IMG/VR virus record: IMGVR_UViG_3300016659_000208
Coordinates: 1 to 59,143 of that record
Strand: one strand, 5' to 3'
From: a virus
Taxonomy: Duplodnaviria; Caudoviricetes
Length of the DNA: 59,143 nt
The stretch's first letter is position 1. Each line of letters opens with the position of its first letter. This document shows, in pieces, positions 8,491 to 18,582 of the stretch. A program made the position numbers and the translations under genes. Below the pieces are notes generated by a model that was not told the origin of the DNA, searched no databases, and saw nothing but the letters and a program-made list of their open reading frames with translations.

Positions 8491-9523
8491 TTCGCGAGTT
8501 GCTATATTTTCAGATTTACATCTTGGTGTTCATATGAACAGTCAGGCCTGGCATGATATATCATTGCAATGGGCTAAATGGATTACTGACGAATTAAAAG
8601 CCAAAGACATTAATGAGATAGTGTTTTGCGGAGACTTTTTTCATAGTAGAAGTGAAATAACAGTAAATACACTACATCACGCAAGTATATTGCTTGAATA
8701 TTTTAAAGACTTTAAAATATATATGTTGGCCGGTAATCACGATTCATTTTATAAAAATAATTGCAGTGTTAACAGTATACGTATTTTTAACGGGCGAGAT
8801 AATATAATCATAGTAGATAAGCCTTCATTAATCCAGATTGGTGGTAAAGAATGTTTTTTTGCCCCATGGGGTACGGAGATTGAAAGACTTCAAGAAAGTG
8901 ATGTTATGTTCGGGCATTTTGAAATTGAGTCATTTAAAATGAATAGCTTTAAGCTTTGTGAGGGTGGTTTTAAATCACAAGATTTATTAAAATATTCACC
9001 TTTAGTTATATCAGGCCACTTTCATCTAAGAGAAGAAAGACGTTATGAAAAAGGTACTATTCTATATGTAGGTTGTCCGTTTGAGTTAGATTTCGGTGAC
9101 GAAGGGTCAGTAAAGGGGTATTATATTCTCGATATGAAAGACCCTTCGTACGAGTTTTTCCCTAATGATTTTTCACCTAGACATATAAAAATTAATTTAT
9201 CAGACTTAGTGAAAGTACATAATTTTGTAGAGGCCGGACAAGTGATTTTAAGGAACAATATAGTTAAAATTAGTATAGACAAGAATGTTTCCACGCAAGA
9301 TTTAGATAAATTAACGTTAAAACTTCATAATTATAAACCGCTTAATCTCGTTATTGATAGCAGCGCTAGTAATACAGCATTTGGAGCGGATTTAGAGCAA
9401 AGTATTGATTTAAGCGGGGTAGATATTACAAAGGCTATATCTGACTTTGTTGGGCTGCTTGATATAGAAAATAAAAAGGATGTTATTGAATACACAGTTT
9501 CACTATACAATCAATGTAAATGA
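8483..9523 (+). CDS. gp47: Recombination nuclease gp47 (Mre11/SbcD-like)
   Basis: DLHLG, GDFFH, GNHD, GHFH. Start at 8483 or 8474. Confidence 0.9.
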   Translation: MPSSRVAIFSDLHLGVHMNSQAWHDISLQWAKWITDELKAKDINEIVFCGDFFHSRSEITVNTLHHASILLEYFKDFKIYMLAGNHDSFYKNNCSVNSIRIFNGRDNIIIVDKPSLIQIGGKECFFAPWGTEIERLQESDVMFGHFEIESFKMNSFKLCEGGFKSQDLLKYSPLVISGHFHLREERRYEKGTILYVGCPFELDFGDEGSVKGYYILDMKDPSYEFFPNDFSPRHIKINLSDLVKVHNFVEAGQVILRNNIVKISIDKNVSTQDLDKLTLKLHNYKPLNLVIDSSASNTAFGADLEQSIDLSGVDITKAISDFVGLLDIENKKDVIEYTVSLYNQCK

Positions 9524-11322
9524 AGAAAATAATTTTTAATACTCTTACGATAAAACACTTTTTAAGTGTAGGTGAAAAACCAGTAAAAATTAATTTTAAA
9601 CCAGGTTTACACGGTATTACAGGCATCAATAGGGATCAACTAGATAGAAGAAACGGTGTTGGAAAAAGCACAATCCCTGACGCTCTTCATTTTGCTTTAT
9701 TTGGTACAACTATAAGAGAGTTAAAAAAAGAATTTATTATTAATAATATAACAGGAAAAACATGTGAAGTGTCCCTTACTTTTAGTGTAATTAAAGGTAA
9801 AGAAAAACAAAATTACGAAATAGTGCGCACTCTCGAGCCAAGTAAATGCATGTTATATCTAAACGACAGGGATATTACTAGAGATAGTATTGCTAATACC
9901 ACGGAATATGTATGTGACATAATTCAATGTACGCCCGAAATTTTTCAAAATTGCGTTGTCATGACAGCGAACAATACAATACCATTCATGGCAAAAAAGA
10001 AAATGGAAAAACGTAAATTTATTGAAGGTATTTTTAATTTAGAAATTTTTAGTAAAATGCTTTTGCAACTACGTGATGAATACAACGATGTCAAAAAAAA
10101 CTTAGATGTAGAAAATGTTCGTCAAGAGGAGGCTAATACTACAGTTAATGCTTTAACACAACAGAAAGAGAAATCACACCGTGAATATGAGAATAGAAAG
10201 CAACTACTTAATAATCGTAAGACAAATTGTGTTGATGAATTAAAAGTTATTGAAAAGAGAATTAATAACTACATTCTCATAAATGAAGAAGATATTAATA
10301 AGAATTTATTGATTTTAAATGATAAATTACAAGAATGTGATTTTAAAATACAGGACATTAGTAAGCATATTGCCTCTTTTGAGACAAAGAACGAAATGGT
10401 TGTTGCCGCACTAGCTAAAGTAGGTACGAATAAAGATACATGCCCTGTGTGCTTAAGACCTGTGAATGAATCTGATAAACAACATATTCACAATACACAG
10501 GAAAATTATAAAAACGAAATTAACAATCACGAAGCTCAAATAAAGCGATATGAATTAAAGCTTAATGAATTAAATTCCTTAAAAGGCAAAGTTGTTGAAG
10601 CTATTAAAAAGGGCCAGCATAGCATCAACAAAAGTCATCTCAATAAACAGCAGTTTGAAAATGATACCAAGCGTAAAACTCAACTACTACTGCTCACAGA
10701 AGAGATAGATCAGGATATATCTCATCTTAGTGACTCCAGCACGAATATGGACAAACTTATTCTCGAAGCTGAAAATAAACTAAAAGATATTAAGGATAAG
10801 ATAGAAAGTATTCGACGTATTATCAATTTATTAGAGACAGTTAAATTTATAGTTAGTGAGGAGGGTGTAAAGAGCTTTATTGTGAAGAAAATACTAGCAC
10901 TTTTTAATAATAAAATTGCCACATACTTAAGCAGGTTAAACTCAAACGCTAAAATTACATTTAATGAATACTTTGAAGAACTAATAATAAATGATAAAGG
11001 TAAAGAGGCAACTTACTTTAATTTTAGTGGCGCAGAAAGAAAAGTTATTGATTTAGCAATAATGTTTAGCTTTATTGATATGCTTAGCTTACAAGGTAAT
11101 ATTTTCTATAATATTCAGTTCTATGATGAGTTACTAGACACGAGTCTCGATGAAACAGGTGTAGAGCTTGTATTGAAATTGCTGGCTGAATTTGTTGAAA
11201 AAAATAAATTTGGTGTTTATATAATTTCACATAGAAAAGAATGTGCACGATTGGTAAGTGGTGAAACCATTACATTGGAAAAAAGCAACGGCATTACAAC
11301 ATTAGGTGAAATTTTTAGTTGA
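9520..11322 (+). CDS. gp46: Recombination ATPase gp46 (Rad50/SbcC-like)
   Basis: NGVGKS Walker A, coiled coil with CPVC hook, FSGAE signature, YDE Walker B, ISH. Confidence 0.92.
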   Translation: MKKIIFNTLTIKHFLSVGEKPVKINFKPGLHGITGINRDQLDRRNGVGKSTIPDALHFALFGTTIRELKKEFIINNITGKTCEVSLTFSVIKGKEKQNYEIVRTLEPSKCMLYLNDRDITRDSIANTTEYVCDIIQCTPEIFQNCVVMTANNTIPFMAKKKMEKRKFIEGIFNLEIFSKMLLQLRDEYNDVKKNLDVENVRQEEANTTVNALTQQKEKSHREYENRKQLLNNRKTNCVDELKVIEKRINNYILINEEDINKNLLILNDKLQECDFKIQDISKHIASFETKNEMVVAALAKVGTNKDTCPVCLRPVNESDKQHIHNTQENYKNEINNHEAQIKRYELKLNELNSLKGKVVEAIKKGQHSINKSHLNKQQFENDTKRKTQLLLLTEEIDQDISHLSDSSTNMDKLILEAENKLKDIKDKIESIRRIINLLETVKFIVSEEGVKSFIVKKILALFNNKIATYLSRLNSNAKITFNEYFEELIINDKGKEATYFNFSGAERKVIDLAIMFSFIDMLSLQGNIFYNIQFYDELLDTSLDETGVELVLKLLAEFVEKNKFGVYIISHRKECARLVSGETITLEKSNGITTLGEIFS

Positions 11323-11346
11323 GATAAATTAAACAAGATATATATA
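11319..11346 (+). promoter_or_regulatory. Sigma70-type promoter (leaderless)
   Basis: TTGAGA-N16-TATATA-N6-ATG(11353). Confidence 0.55.
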
Positions 11347-11352
11347 TTTAAA

Positions 11353-12564
11353 ATGTTTACATCGAACCCGTTTACACCTCCTCTCTTACAACACGTCCAA
11401 ATTCCAGAACAACGTGCTATTATTCAACCCGACAACTCACAACCGCCTGAGGTAAATCTTCCTAGAGCAGTACAATATTACGCTGATTACTCGGGTTGTG
11501 GGTTTTGGCGTATGTTGTGGCCTGAACATCTTCTTAATGCATACGGTAATATGACTGTTCACGGTAGCACTGTTATGGTATTAGACCCTCGTTGGTATGT
11601 TAATGTGAAAGCTGTAAGAATACAACGACAAGCCACTTCTTCGCAATTACAGTTTGTTAAGTTTTTAAGGGATGTTTCTAAACAGGTAGGGTTTAGAATA
11701 ATTTATGAAATTGATGATGTAGTCTTTAGCGAGGATATTCCTGATTATAATAAATTTAAGACTGCTTTTGTTGATCCGGAGATCCGCAAAAATGCTCAGG
11801 AAATAATGTCTCTATGTGATGAAATAACAGTGACAAATGATTTTATGAAAGAGTATTATGCTGAAAAGACTGGGCATAAATACGTTACAGTTATACCAAA
11901 TTATCCACCTAAATTCTGGTTAGGTAATTTTTATGATGAGAAGGCAATTAGTGCTAATTATGATACATATAAAAATAAACCAAGGATTTTATATGCGGGG
12001 TCTGGTGCCCATTTTGATGTAGAGAATAGAGTAAATCAAAATGATGATTTTGCACACGTCGTTAGAGCTATATACAACACATATCATGTTTTTCAATGGG
12101 TATTTCTCGGTGCATATCCTTTACCAATTCGTCCGTTGATTGAAGCTGGTACCGTGGAGTTTCATCCATGGGTAAATCTTTATGGTTATGGTGAAAAGCT
12201 TAAAAATTTACGAGTTAATATGATAGTAGCGCCACTACAAGATAATAATTTTAACAAAAGCAAATCCGATTTGAAATGGATTGAGGCGAATTGTTTAGGG
12301 CTACCTATTGCATGCCAGGATTTGAGTACATATAAAGATGCTGAGTTTAAATTTAAAACTGGTGAAGAAATGGTTGATATAATCAAGGACGTCTTAAGTA
12401 AGAAAGGTCGCTATATGAATATATGTGCAGCTGCGAGAAAGAATGCTGATAAGAGATGGCTTGAAAATGAAGAAAATCTTGCTTGTTACAAGGAGCTTTT
12501 TACGCTACCGTACGGCAGTCCAGAGAGGGTACGACTTAACGAAATCAATAAAATTAAAGTTTAG
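11353..12564 (+). CDS. GT-B fold glycosyltransferase
   Basis: GCGFWR..WP, YEIDD, D.ITVT, VIPN, APL.DN.FN.SKS.LK..E...G.P. Confidence 0.75.
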   Translation: MFTSNPFTPPLLQHVQIPEQRAIIQPDNSQPPEVNLPRAVQYYADYSGCGFWRMLWPEHLLNAYGNMTVHGSTVMVLDPRWYVNVKAVRIQRQATSSQLQFVKFLRDVSKQVGFRIIYEIDDVVFSEDIPDYNKFKTAFVDPEIRKNAQEIMSLCDEITVTNDFMKEYYAEKTGHKYVTVIPNYPPKFWLGNFYDEKAISANYDTYKNKPRILYAGSGAHFDVENRVNQNDDFAHVVRAIYNTYHVFQWVFLGAYPLPIRPLIEAGTVEFHPWVNLYGYGEKLKNLRVNMIVAPLQDNNFNKSKSDLKWIEANCLGLPIACQDLSTYKDAEFKFKTGEEMVDIIKDVLSKKGRYMNICAAARKNADKRWLENEENLACYKELFTLPYGSPERVRLNEINKIKV

Positions 12565-12880
12565 TAATTGTTTTAAAGACGTAGCAAATACTAGGATATA
12601 TAAGAAACGTTAGTATAGGTGTATATAAAGGAGCGTTACAAACAAAGACAAACACGGCCCCCGTTGCAAGAGAAAGCCAAAAACTCAAACATACCCAACA
12701 TGATAACAGTTTACTTAGCAATCTGTTCGTCATAAAAAGGTAATCGTCAAATTCGGTATGCATAATAAAGTTTTTCTTAAAAAATAGTTTACCTAGCGTT
12801 ATTTTTAACGGACTACCAAACCACAATAAAAGAATACTGCAGACAGCTAGCGCGCCTGCAAAAAAATCAATTATTTGCAT
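12554..12880 (-). CDS. Small membrane protein with CxxC (DUF1360-like)
   Basis: Three hydrophobic segments; LLSCWVCLSFW. Confidence 0.55.
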   Translation of the reverse strand: MQIIDFFAGALAVCSILLLWFGSPLKITLGKLFFKKNFIMHTEFDDYLFMTNRLLSKLLSCWVCLSFWLSLATGAVFVFVCNAPLYTPILTFLIYPSICYVFKTITKL

Positions 12881-13073
12881 TATTTTGCCCTATAATATTT
12901 TGTAAATTAATAATGTATGTTTGTCTAAAGTTTCTCTCAGCACATGTACCGCAGCCTCCCCGTTTCTTAACTTCCTCTAACTCGACAACATATTGATGTC
13001 TTAACGCCTCGCAGTTAGGAATTTTACCCGGGCAAGGTCTTGTAAAATCAAAAAATTGCATTATTTCATCCAT
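12867..13073 (-). CDS. Small Cys-rich protein
   Basis: 68 aa; CP..IPNC...GGCGTC; overlaps the downstream membrane gene. Confidence 0.55.
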   Translation of the reverse strand: MDEIMQFFDFTRPCPGKIPNCEALRHQYVVELEEVKKRGGCGTCAERNFRQTYIINLQNIIGQNNANN

Positions 13074-13087
13074 ATTATATTATATTA

Positions 13088-13115
13088 TTGCTTAATCTGA
13101 AAAATCAATTATAAT
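13088..13115 (+). promoter_or_regulatory. Sigma70-type promoter (leaderless)
   Basis: TTGCTT-N16-TATAAT-N6-ATG(13122). Confidence 0.7.
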
Positions 13116-13121
13116 AATCTA

Positions 13122-15710
13122 ATGTTTGGGTATAGAAACATTGCATATGATCCGAGACAAGAACTAATACGTCTCTTTACATGGGACAAGGACGGTAATA
13201 GAATTGCTATTGATTCGACTTTTCATCCTTATATATTTCTAGAGAGTAATAATGCACATGATGCTATTAGTATTTTTAATACTAAGCTAAAGAAAAAAAC
13301 TTTTAAAAATCAATTTGAAAAATCTAAATTTTTAAATGAAGCAAGCACCACACGAATATTTGAAAATCTTTCACCTAGTCAACAATTCTTAATAGATAAT
13401 TTTTGGGAAATAAACGAAACATCAAGTTTTGTACAATTTCCCCTCAAACTATTTTTTCTTGATATAGAAACATATTCTGTAGATGATTTTCCTAATATAG
13501 AAAAGGCAGATCATCCTGTTAATATTATAACAATATATGATACTTTAAAAAAGAAGTACATAACATGGGGAACAAAGCCTTATTATCAAATAATTGAAGA
13601 TCAGGTTTATTTTTTCTGTAAATCAGAAAAAGAAATGTTTGAAAAGTTTATTAAACATTTTGAGAGCGATTATCCAGATGTAGTGTTAGGATGGAACTCC
13701 GTTTTGTTTGATTTGCCTTACTTAATCAATAGAATTCGGGTATTGTTTGATGATGCAACGGTTGCGAGATTGAGCCCTATGCAAAGAGTACACTGTCGGT
13801 CTCTTAAAGGACAATTTGGCAAGGAACAAATAAGGTGGTATATTGATGGTATTTCTTGCTTGGATTATCTAGATATCTACAAACGATTTTGTATGGTTTT
13901 ACGTGAAAACTATAAACTAGATAATATTGCAAAAATCGAGCTTGGAGAACAAAAGGTAGATTACGGTGAAACTAATTTAAGCAGTCTTGCAGACAAAGAC
14001 TGGAAATTATTTGTTGAATATAATATTCAAGACGTGAGGCTTCTTGTTAAGCTAGAAGAAAAGCTTCAATATTTTCAGTTATTACGGATGCTTAGTTATA
14101 CGGGGCTAACGTCCATGGAGGCGGCAATGGGTAGTATGAGTGTTATTATTGGCGCGTGTGCTATCCGCGCTCGCCATAGAAATAAAAAAATCCCTACATT
14201 CATAAGAGGTGGAGATGATGGTAAGCAGAATGAAGGAGCCTATGTCAGCGAGCCAAAAAGAGGATTTCAAAAGAATATAGTTAGTTTTGATGCTAATAGC
14301 CTGTATCCTTCCGTGATGATAACGTTGAATTTATCTCCAGAAACCAAAATGGGCGTAATTGAGTCTCAGACAAAAGAAGAGGTTACCATACGGGACGTTA
14401 ACAATAATATTGTTACTTTACCTATACAAAAATTTGCTGCATTAGTAAAACAAGAGAAGTTGAGCTTAAGTAAAGCTAAAGTTTTATTTACACAAAAGCA
14501 TAAGGGTATTATACCAGAAATGGTAGATCAATATTACAAGTATAGGGTTCAAGTAAGAAAAGATTTAAAGAAGGCAAAAAAACAGTTAACAACAACTACA
14601 AAAAACACTGCAGATTATCAAAAGCTAAAAGATGAGATTAATGTTTTGAACATCAAGCAACATACAATTAAAATTTTTATCAACACTGTTTATGGTGCTT
14701 TGGGTAATAAAGTGTTTCCTCTGGGCGATGATGATCTTGCTAGAAGTATTACTTTAACAGGACAAGCTGTCATTAAGCAGGGCAATGCTATATTAACAAA
14801 TTATATAAAAGAAAAGGCTAGTCTAACAGATAATGAAATAAAGAGCGACACACCAATAATTTATAATGATACTGATTCAGTTTATGTATCTCTTTATTCA
14901 TTGATTGAGAGGACGGGGCTTCCTTTTTTAGATTCATATGGTAAAATAACTCCCAATTTTTATAAAGAAGTTGAAGATATAGAAGCCTATTTAAACTCTC
15001 ACATTAAAGCGTGGTGTGAAAAATCTTTGAATAGCGTTGATAGCAGGATTGTTTTTAAGCGCGAAGCTATTTGTGATGTGGGAGTCTTTTTACAGAAGAA
15101 GAGATACGTTATTCATATTTTAGATGAAGAAGGCATTTCTACAGAAAAATTTAAATATACTGGCGTAGAAATTGCTAGAACAACTATGCCTGCACCAATC
15201 AAGCCTTTAGCCAAGAAAATTGTTGAGACAATGCTACTCACCCAAGATCAACAAAAAACAGGGGAAATTATAACCGATACGTATAATTTGTTTAAAACTT
15301 TACCTGTAAGCGATATTTCCTTTGTAACGGGGTTAAAAGGTTATGAAAAATATTCTCATAGATGTGAAGGGTTTAAGACTGTTAAATCTATGCCCCTACA
15401 TGTCAAAGCTGCGTATATGCATAATCTTTTATTAGAAGTCTTTAATATTGACAAAAAGTATGAAAAGATTGGGTCTGGAGACAAGATTAGATATTTTTAC
15501 GTTAAACAGCCAAATAAATTTAATATAAGCGCTATTGCTTATAAGTACTATTATCCAGAAGAGTTTGCCAAGGTGTTTGAGCCCGATCATGAGCTAATGT
15601 TTGAAAAAATTATATATAGTGCTGTAGAACGCTTTTACGATGCGGTAAACTGGGTGCCACAAAAACCAGGTGAAGCATTACAGTGTGATTTATTTGCTTT
15701 ATTAAAATAA
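13122..15710 (+). CDS. gp43: Family B DNA polymerase gp43
   Basis: Exo motifs DIET, GWN...FD, YN..D; polymerase motifs DANSLYPS, K...N..YG, YNDTDS, KKRY. Confidence 0.95.
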   Translation: MFGYRNIAYDPRQELIRLFTWDKDGNRIAIDSTFHPYIFLESNNAHDAISIFNTKLKKKTFKNQFEKSKFLNEASTTRIFENLSPSQQFLIDNFWEINETSSFVQFPLKLFFLDIETYSVDDFPNIEKADHPVNIITIYDTLKKKYITWGTKPYYQIIEDQVYFFCKSEKEMFEKFIKHFESDYPDVVLGWNSVLFDLPYLINRIRVLFDDATVARLSPMQRVHCRSLKGQFGKEQIRWYIDGISCLDYLDIYKRFCMVLRENYKLDNIAKIELGEQKVDYGETNLSSLADKDWKLFVEYNIQDVRLLVKLEEKLQYFQLLRMLSYTGLTSMEAAMGSMSVIIGACAIRARHRNKKIPTFIRGGDDGKQNEGAYVSEPKRGFQKNIVSFDANSLYPSVMITLNLSPETKMGVIESQTKEEVTIRDVNNNIVTLPIQKFAALVKQEKLSLSKAKVLFTQKHKGIIPEMVDQYYKYRVQVRKDLKKAKKQLTTTTKNTADYQKLKDEINVLNIKQHTIKIFINTVYGALGNKVFPLGDDDLARSITLTGQAVIKQGNAILTNYIKEKASLTDNEIKSDTPIIYNDTDSVYVSLYSLIERTGLPFLDSYGKITPNFYKEVEDIEAYLNSHIKAWCEKSLNSVDSRIVFKREAICDVGVFLQKKRYVIHILDEEGISTEKFKYTGVEIARTTMPAPIKPLAKKIVETMLLTQDQQKTGEIITDTYNLFKTLPVSDISFVTGLKGYEKYSHRCEGFKTVKSMPLHVKAAYMHNLLLEVFNIDKKYEKIGSGDKIRYFYVKQPNKFNISAIAYKYYYPEEFAKVFEPDHELMFEKIIYSAVERFYDAVNWVPQKPGEALQCDLFALLK

Positions 15711-15713
15711 TAG

Positions 15714-15741
15714 TTGATTTTATTCTTATTGTATATATATT
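15714..15741 (+). promoter_or_regulatory. Sigma70-type promoter (leaderless)
   Basis: TTGATT-N16-TATATT-N6-ATG(15748). Confidence 0.6.
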
Positions 15742-15747
15742 AATTAT

Positions 15748-16098
15748 ATGAACGAAATAATTCTATTTGTAAATCATGTAGGTCAAACACTCTTAGCTGA
15801 AAAGATTGAAGATACAGCGCAACATCTTAAGGTCAAAAACCCCGCGATATTACATGTAACGCCTAATCAAAACTCTCAATTACAGGTTCAACTTATTCCT
15901 TATTTCTTTAGGGAATTTATTGATCAAGCTTCTCGTAAGAATGGCGCTGTATTTACTTTCGGTAAGGATAAGATAGTTGCAGCTGATATTAATTTAGAGG
16001 CTAAGCTTATTGATCAATATAATCGTATTTTTTCTGATGCCCCAGCAGCACAAAGTACAGGTAAAGAGCCGTCTGTTGTCAAGTTGTTCGAAGAATGA
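15748..16098 (+). CDS. Hypothetical beta-rich protein (possibly Sm-like)
   Basis: 116 aa; G..LLA, V.NP, L.PY pattern. Confidence 0.45.
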   Translation: MNEIILFVNHVGQTLLAEKIEDTAQHLKVKNPAILHVTPNQNSQLQVQLIPYFFREFIDQASRKNGAVFTFGKDKIVAADINLEAKLIDQYNRIFSDAPAAQSTGKEPSVVKLFEE

Positions 16099-17177
16099 AG
16101 CAAGACGAGCTCCTGTCAAAGGCGTTTAAGTCATTAGACGCTCTTAACCCAGAAGCAACATTTTTATCAGAAAATGCTTTATGCAATGTTGATACATGGT
16201 ATGACACTGGCTGTTTTGCATTAAATGCAATTATATCTGGTAGGCTTGTTGGTGGCGGTATCCCTAAGGGACGTATTACTATATTTGCCGGGCCTTCACA
16301 AACAGGTAAAACTTTACTTGTTAACAAAATCTTAGGATTAGCACAAAAAAAAGGCATTATTCCAGTTATTTTCGATACAGAATTTGCTATTGACAAAACG
16401 ACTACTGCAGGTATTGGTCTGGATCCAGATAAAACTAAATACGTTCCTGTCTATACAATTGAAAATGCTCGCAATCAAATTAGTACTTTTTTAGATAGTA
16501 TTGTCGAAAATAATTTGCAAGGAAAATTCATAATTAGTTTGGATAGCTTGGGAAATCTTGCAGGCAGTAAAGAGGTAACCGATGTCGAGAAAGATAAAAG
16601 CGCTGCAGATATGGGTACAAGAGCTAAAGGGTTAAAAAGCATGTTAAGGCTTTTAACTTACAAGGCCGGTCGCGCAGGGGTTCCTATTCTAATGACTAAT
16701 CATACTTATAGTGACCCGGCCTCTCTTTATCCCTCTCTAGTTCAGAATCAAAGTGGCGGGAGTGGACCGCTATATATGGCTAGTGTAATTGTTCAGCTAG
16801 CTAAGAGAAATGAAAAACAGGAAAATGAGGATGAAGCTATTTTACCAGAAGCTAAAAACTATAACGGAGTAACGTTAAGAGCTTTGACTGTTAAAAATAG
16901 GTTTGTACCTCCGTTTCTGGAGGCAAGTATTAATTTAAATTATTTAACTGGTCTCGACAAATATAGTGGGTTGCTTGAGATGGCTGTTAACCATGGTTTG
17001 ATAATTCAAACCGGTTCTACTTACACCAAACCAGACGGAACCAAGCTAGGATATGCAAAGAACTTTACAAAAGATAAAAAGTTCTATGAGGAGTTAATTC
17101 CTCTCTTAGATAAAAAGCTGGAAACCGCGTACAAGTATGGAAATGTATCTGGTGAGGATGTAAATGAAAAAACCTAA
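16095..17177 (+). CDS. uvsX: RecA-like recombinase UvsX
   Basis: DTG..ALN..ISG, GPSQTGKT, DTE, LDSLG, NH.Y, KNRF. Confidence 0.92.
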   Translation: MKQDELLSKAFKSLDALNPEATFLSENALCNVDTWYDTGCFALNAIISGRLVGGGIPKGRITIFAGPSQTGKTLLVNKILGLAQKKGIIPVIFDTEFAIDKTTTAGIGLDPDKTKYVPVYTIENARNQISTFLDSIVENNLQGKFIISLDSLGNLAGSKEVTDVEKDKSAADMGTRAKGLKSMLRLLTYKAGRAGVPILMTNHTYSDPASLYPSLVQNQSGGSGPLYMASVIVQLAKRNEKQENEDEAILPEAKNYNGVTLRALTVKNRFVPPFLEASINLNYLTGLDKYSGLLEMAVNHGLIIQTGSTYTKPDGTKLGYAKNFTKDKKFYEELIPLLDKKLETAYKYGNVSGEDVNEKT

Positions 17178-17907
17178 AATAATTGTACCTATTTCTGGCG
17201 GTATGGACAGTACTGTCATTTTATATAAGGCTGTAGAAAAGTTTGGTGCGCAAAACGTTTTTGGCTTATCTTATGATTATGGTCAACGGCATAAAAGAGA
17301 ATTAAAATTAGCTGAATATCATGTTAAAAAACTTAATATTAATAAATGGCAAATTATTGATACGAAGTTTATTAAAGCTCTAGCACCTACTAGTAGCCTG
17401 ACAAATGATAATATTGATACACCTGACATTAGACAGATTGCGGGAGAGGCTCAACCAAAATCTTATGTTCCCAACAGAAATATGATTTTTTTAAGTATTG
17501 CGGCATCTTATGCTGAAGCTTTGGGCGCAGATATAGTTTATCACGGAGCCACAAAAATTGATAGTTTAGCCGGTTACTGGGACGCTAGCCTAGAATTTTT
17601 GCCGATGATTAATAATGTTTTATCACTGAATAGAGAAACTCGCATTGTTATAGAAGCCCCTTTAATTAAAATGGATAAAGCAGATATAGTAAAAGAAGGT
17701 ATTAGATTAAGGGTAAAATTTAGTAAAACATATACTTGTTACTCTGGTAAAAATTTATGTGATCCTAACTCTCCTAGCAGTGCATTACGCATAAAAGGTT
17801 TTGCTAAAGCCGGTTATATTGATCCTATACGCTACAGTGAAGACCTATCTCACATATGGGAGAAATATAATTGTAGATTAATTGATTATGATACTTATAA
17901 TATCTAA
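17164..17907 (+). CDS. queC: QueC-like PP-loop ATPase (divergent, Zn site degenerate)
   Basis: SGGMDS, YGQRH, YVPNRNMIF, PL....K, TCY. Confidence 0.8.
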   Translation: MKKPKIIVPISGGMDSTVILYKAVEKFGAQNVFGLSYDYGQRHKRELKLAEYHVKKLNINKWQIIDTKFIKALAPTSSLTNDNIDTPDIRQIAGEAQPKSYVPNRNMIFLSIAASYAEALGADIVYHGATKIDSLAGYWDASLEFLPMINNVLSLNRETRIVIEAPLIKMDKADIVKEGIRLRVKFSKTYTCYSGKNLCDPNSPSSALRIKGFAKAGYIDPIRYSEDLSHIWEKYNCRLIDYDTYNI

Positions 17908-18582
17908 ATGTGTGGTATTTTTGGAGCAACAAAACAAGAGCAATTTTTAACTCTTTATGATTTAAATCAAAAGCGTGGTAATTTTGCTACTTCTCTTTGT
18001 TTTGTTGATAGAAAAGGTGACATGCATGTACATAGATGGTCTGGGGTAATAGATATACTACAAATTAAAAAAATTTTAGATAAAATTGATGAAAAAATTA
18101 TTTTTTATGCTGGACATACGCAGGCACCAACTTCTGTAAAAAGAAAATATTCAGTAGACACCGCTCATCCTTTTAACACACAACACTATACTATTGCCCA
18201 TAATGGTGTGCTTACAAACTTTACAGAGTTAAAAGAAATGTTTGATCCAAAATGGAAAAACCCAGTGGACAGTAGTATAATTCCTTTTATTTGTACTATG
18301 TATGAGGAAGAATACCCAGACTGTAGCAATGTTGATGCTATAGTTAACACTCTAGGTAAATTAGAAGGTACTTTTGGATTGTGGATTTATGATTCTAATC
18401 TAAACACTATGTTTTTAGCCAGATGCGGTAGTACTATTTTTGCTAATAAGCTTAGCAATACTTTTAGTAGTGTTAAATTTAGAGGATCTGAAGCGCTAGA
18501 GGAGGGTGTTTTATATCAACTAACACCAGAAGGAATAACATCTATTAGTTTATTTGATTGTGATAGTCCGTTTTTCACTTAG
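17908..18582 (+). CDS. Class II (Ntn) glutamine amidotransferase
   Basis: MCGIFG N-terminal nucleophile, RG, GHT, HPF, HNG, DS, L.G.F. Confidence 0.85.
   Translation: MCGIFGATKQEQFLTLYDLNQKRGNFATSLCFVDRKGDMHVHRWSGVIDILQIKKILDKIDEKIIFYAGHTQAPTSVKRKYSVDTAHPFNTQHYTIAHNGVLTNFTELKEMFDPKWKNPVDSSIIPFICTMYEEEYPDCSNVDAIVNTLGKLEGTFGLWIYDSNLNTMFLARCGSTIFANKLSNTFSSVKFRGSEALEEGVLYQLTPEGITSISLFDCDSPFFT

Noticed and set aside
17164-17907. Complete canonical 7-deazaguanine DNA modification cluster, or a Qat/CBASS defence locus
   Set aside because: No folE, queD, queE, dpdA, TatD, KAP ATPase or cyclase is recognisable in the window
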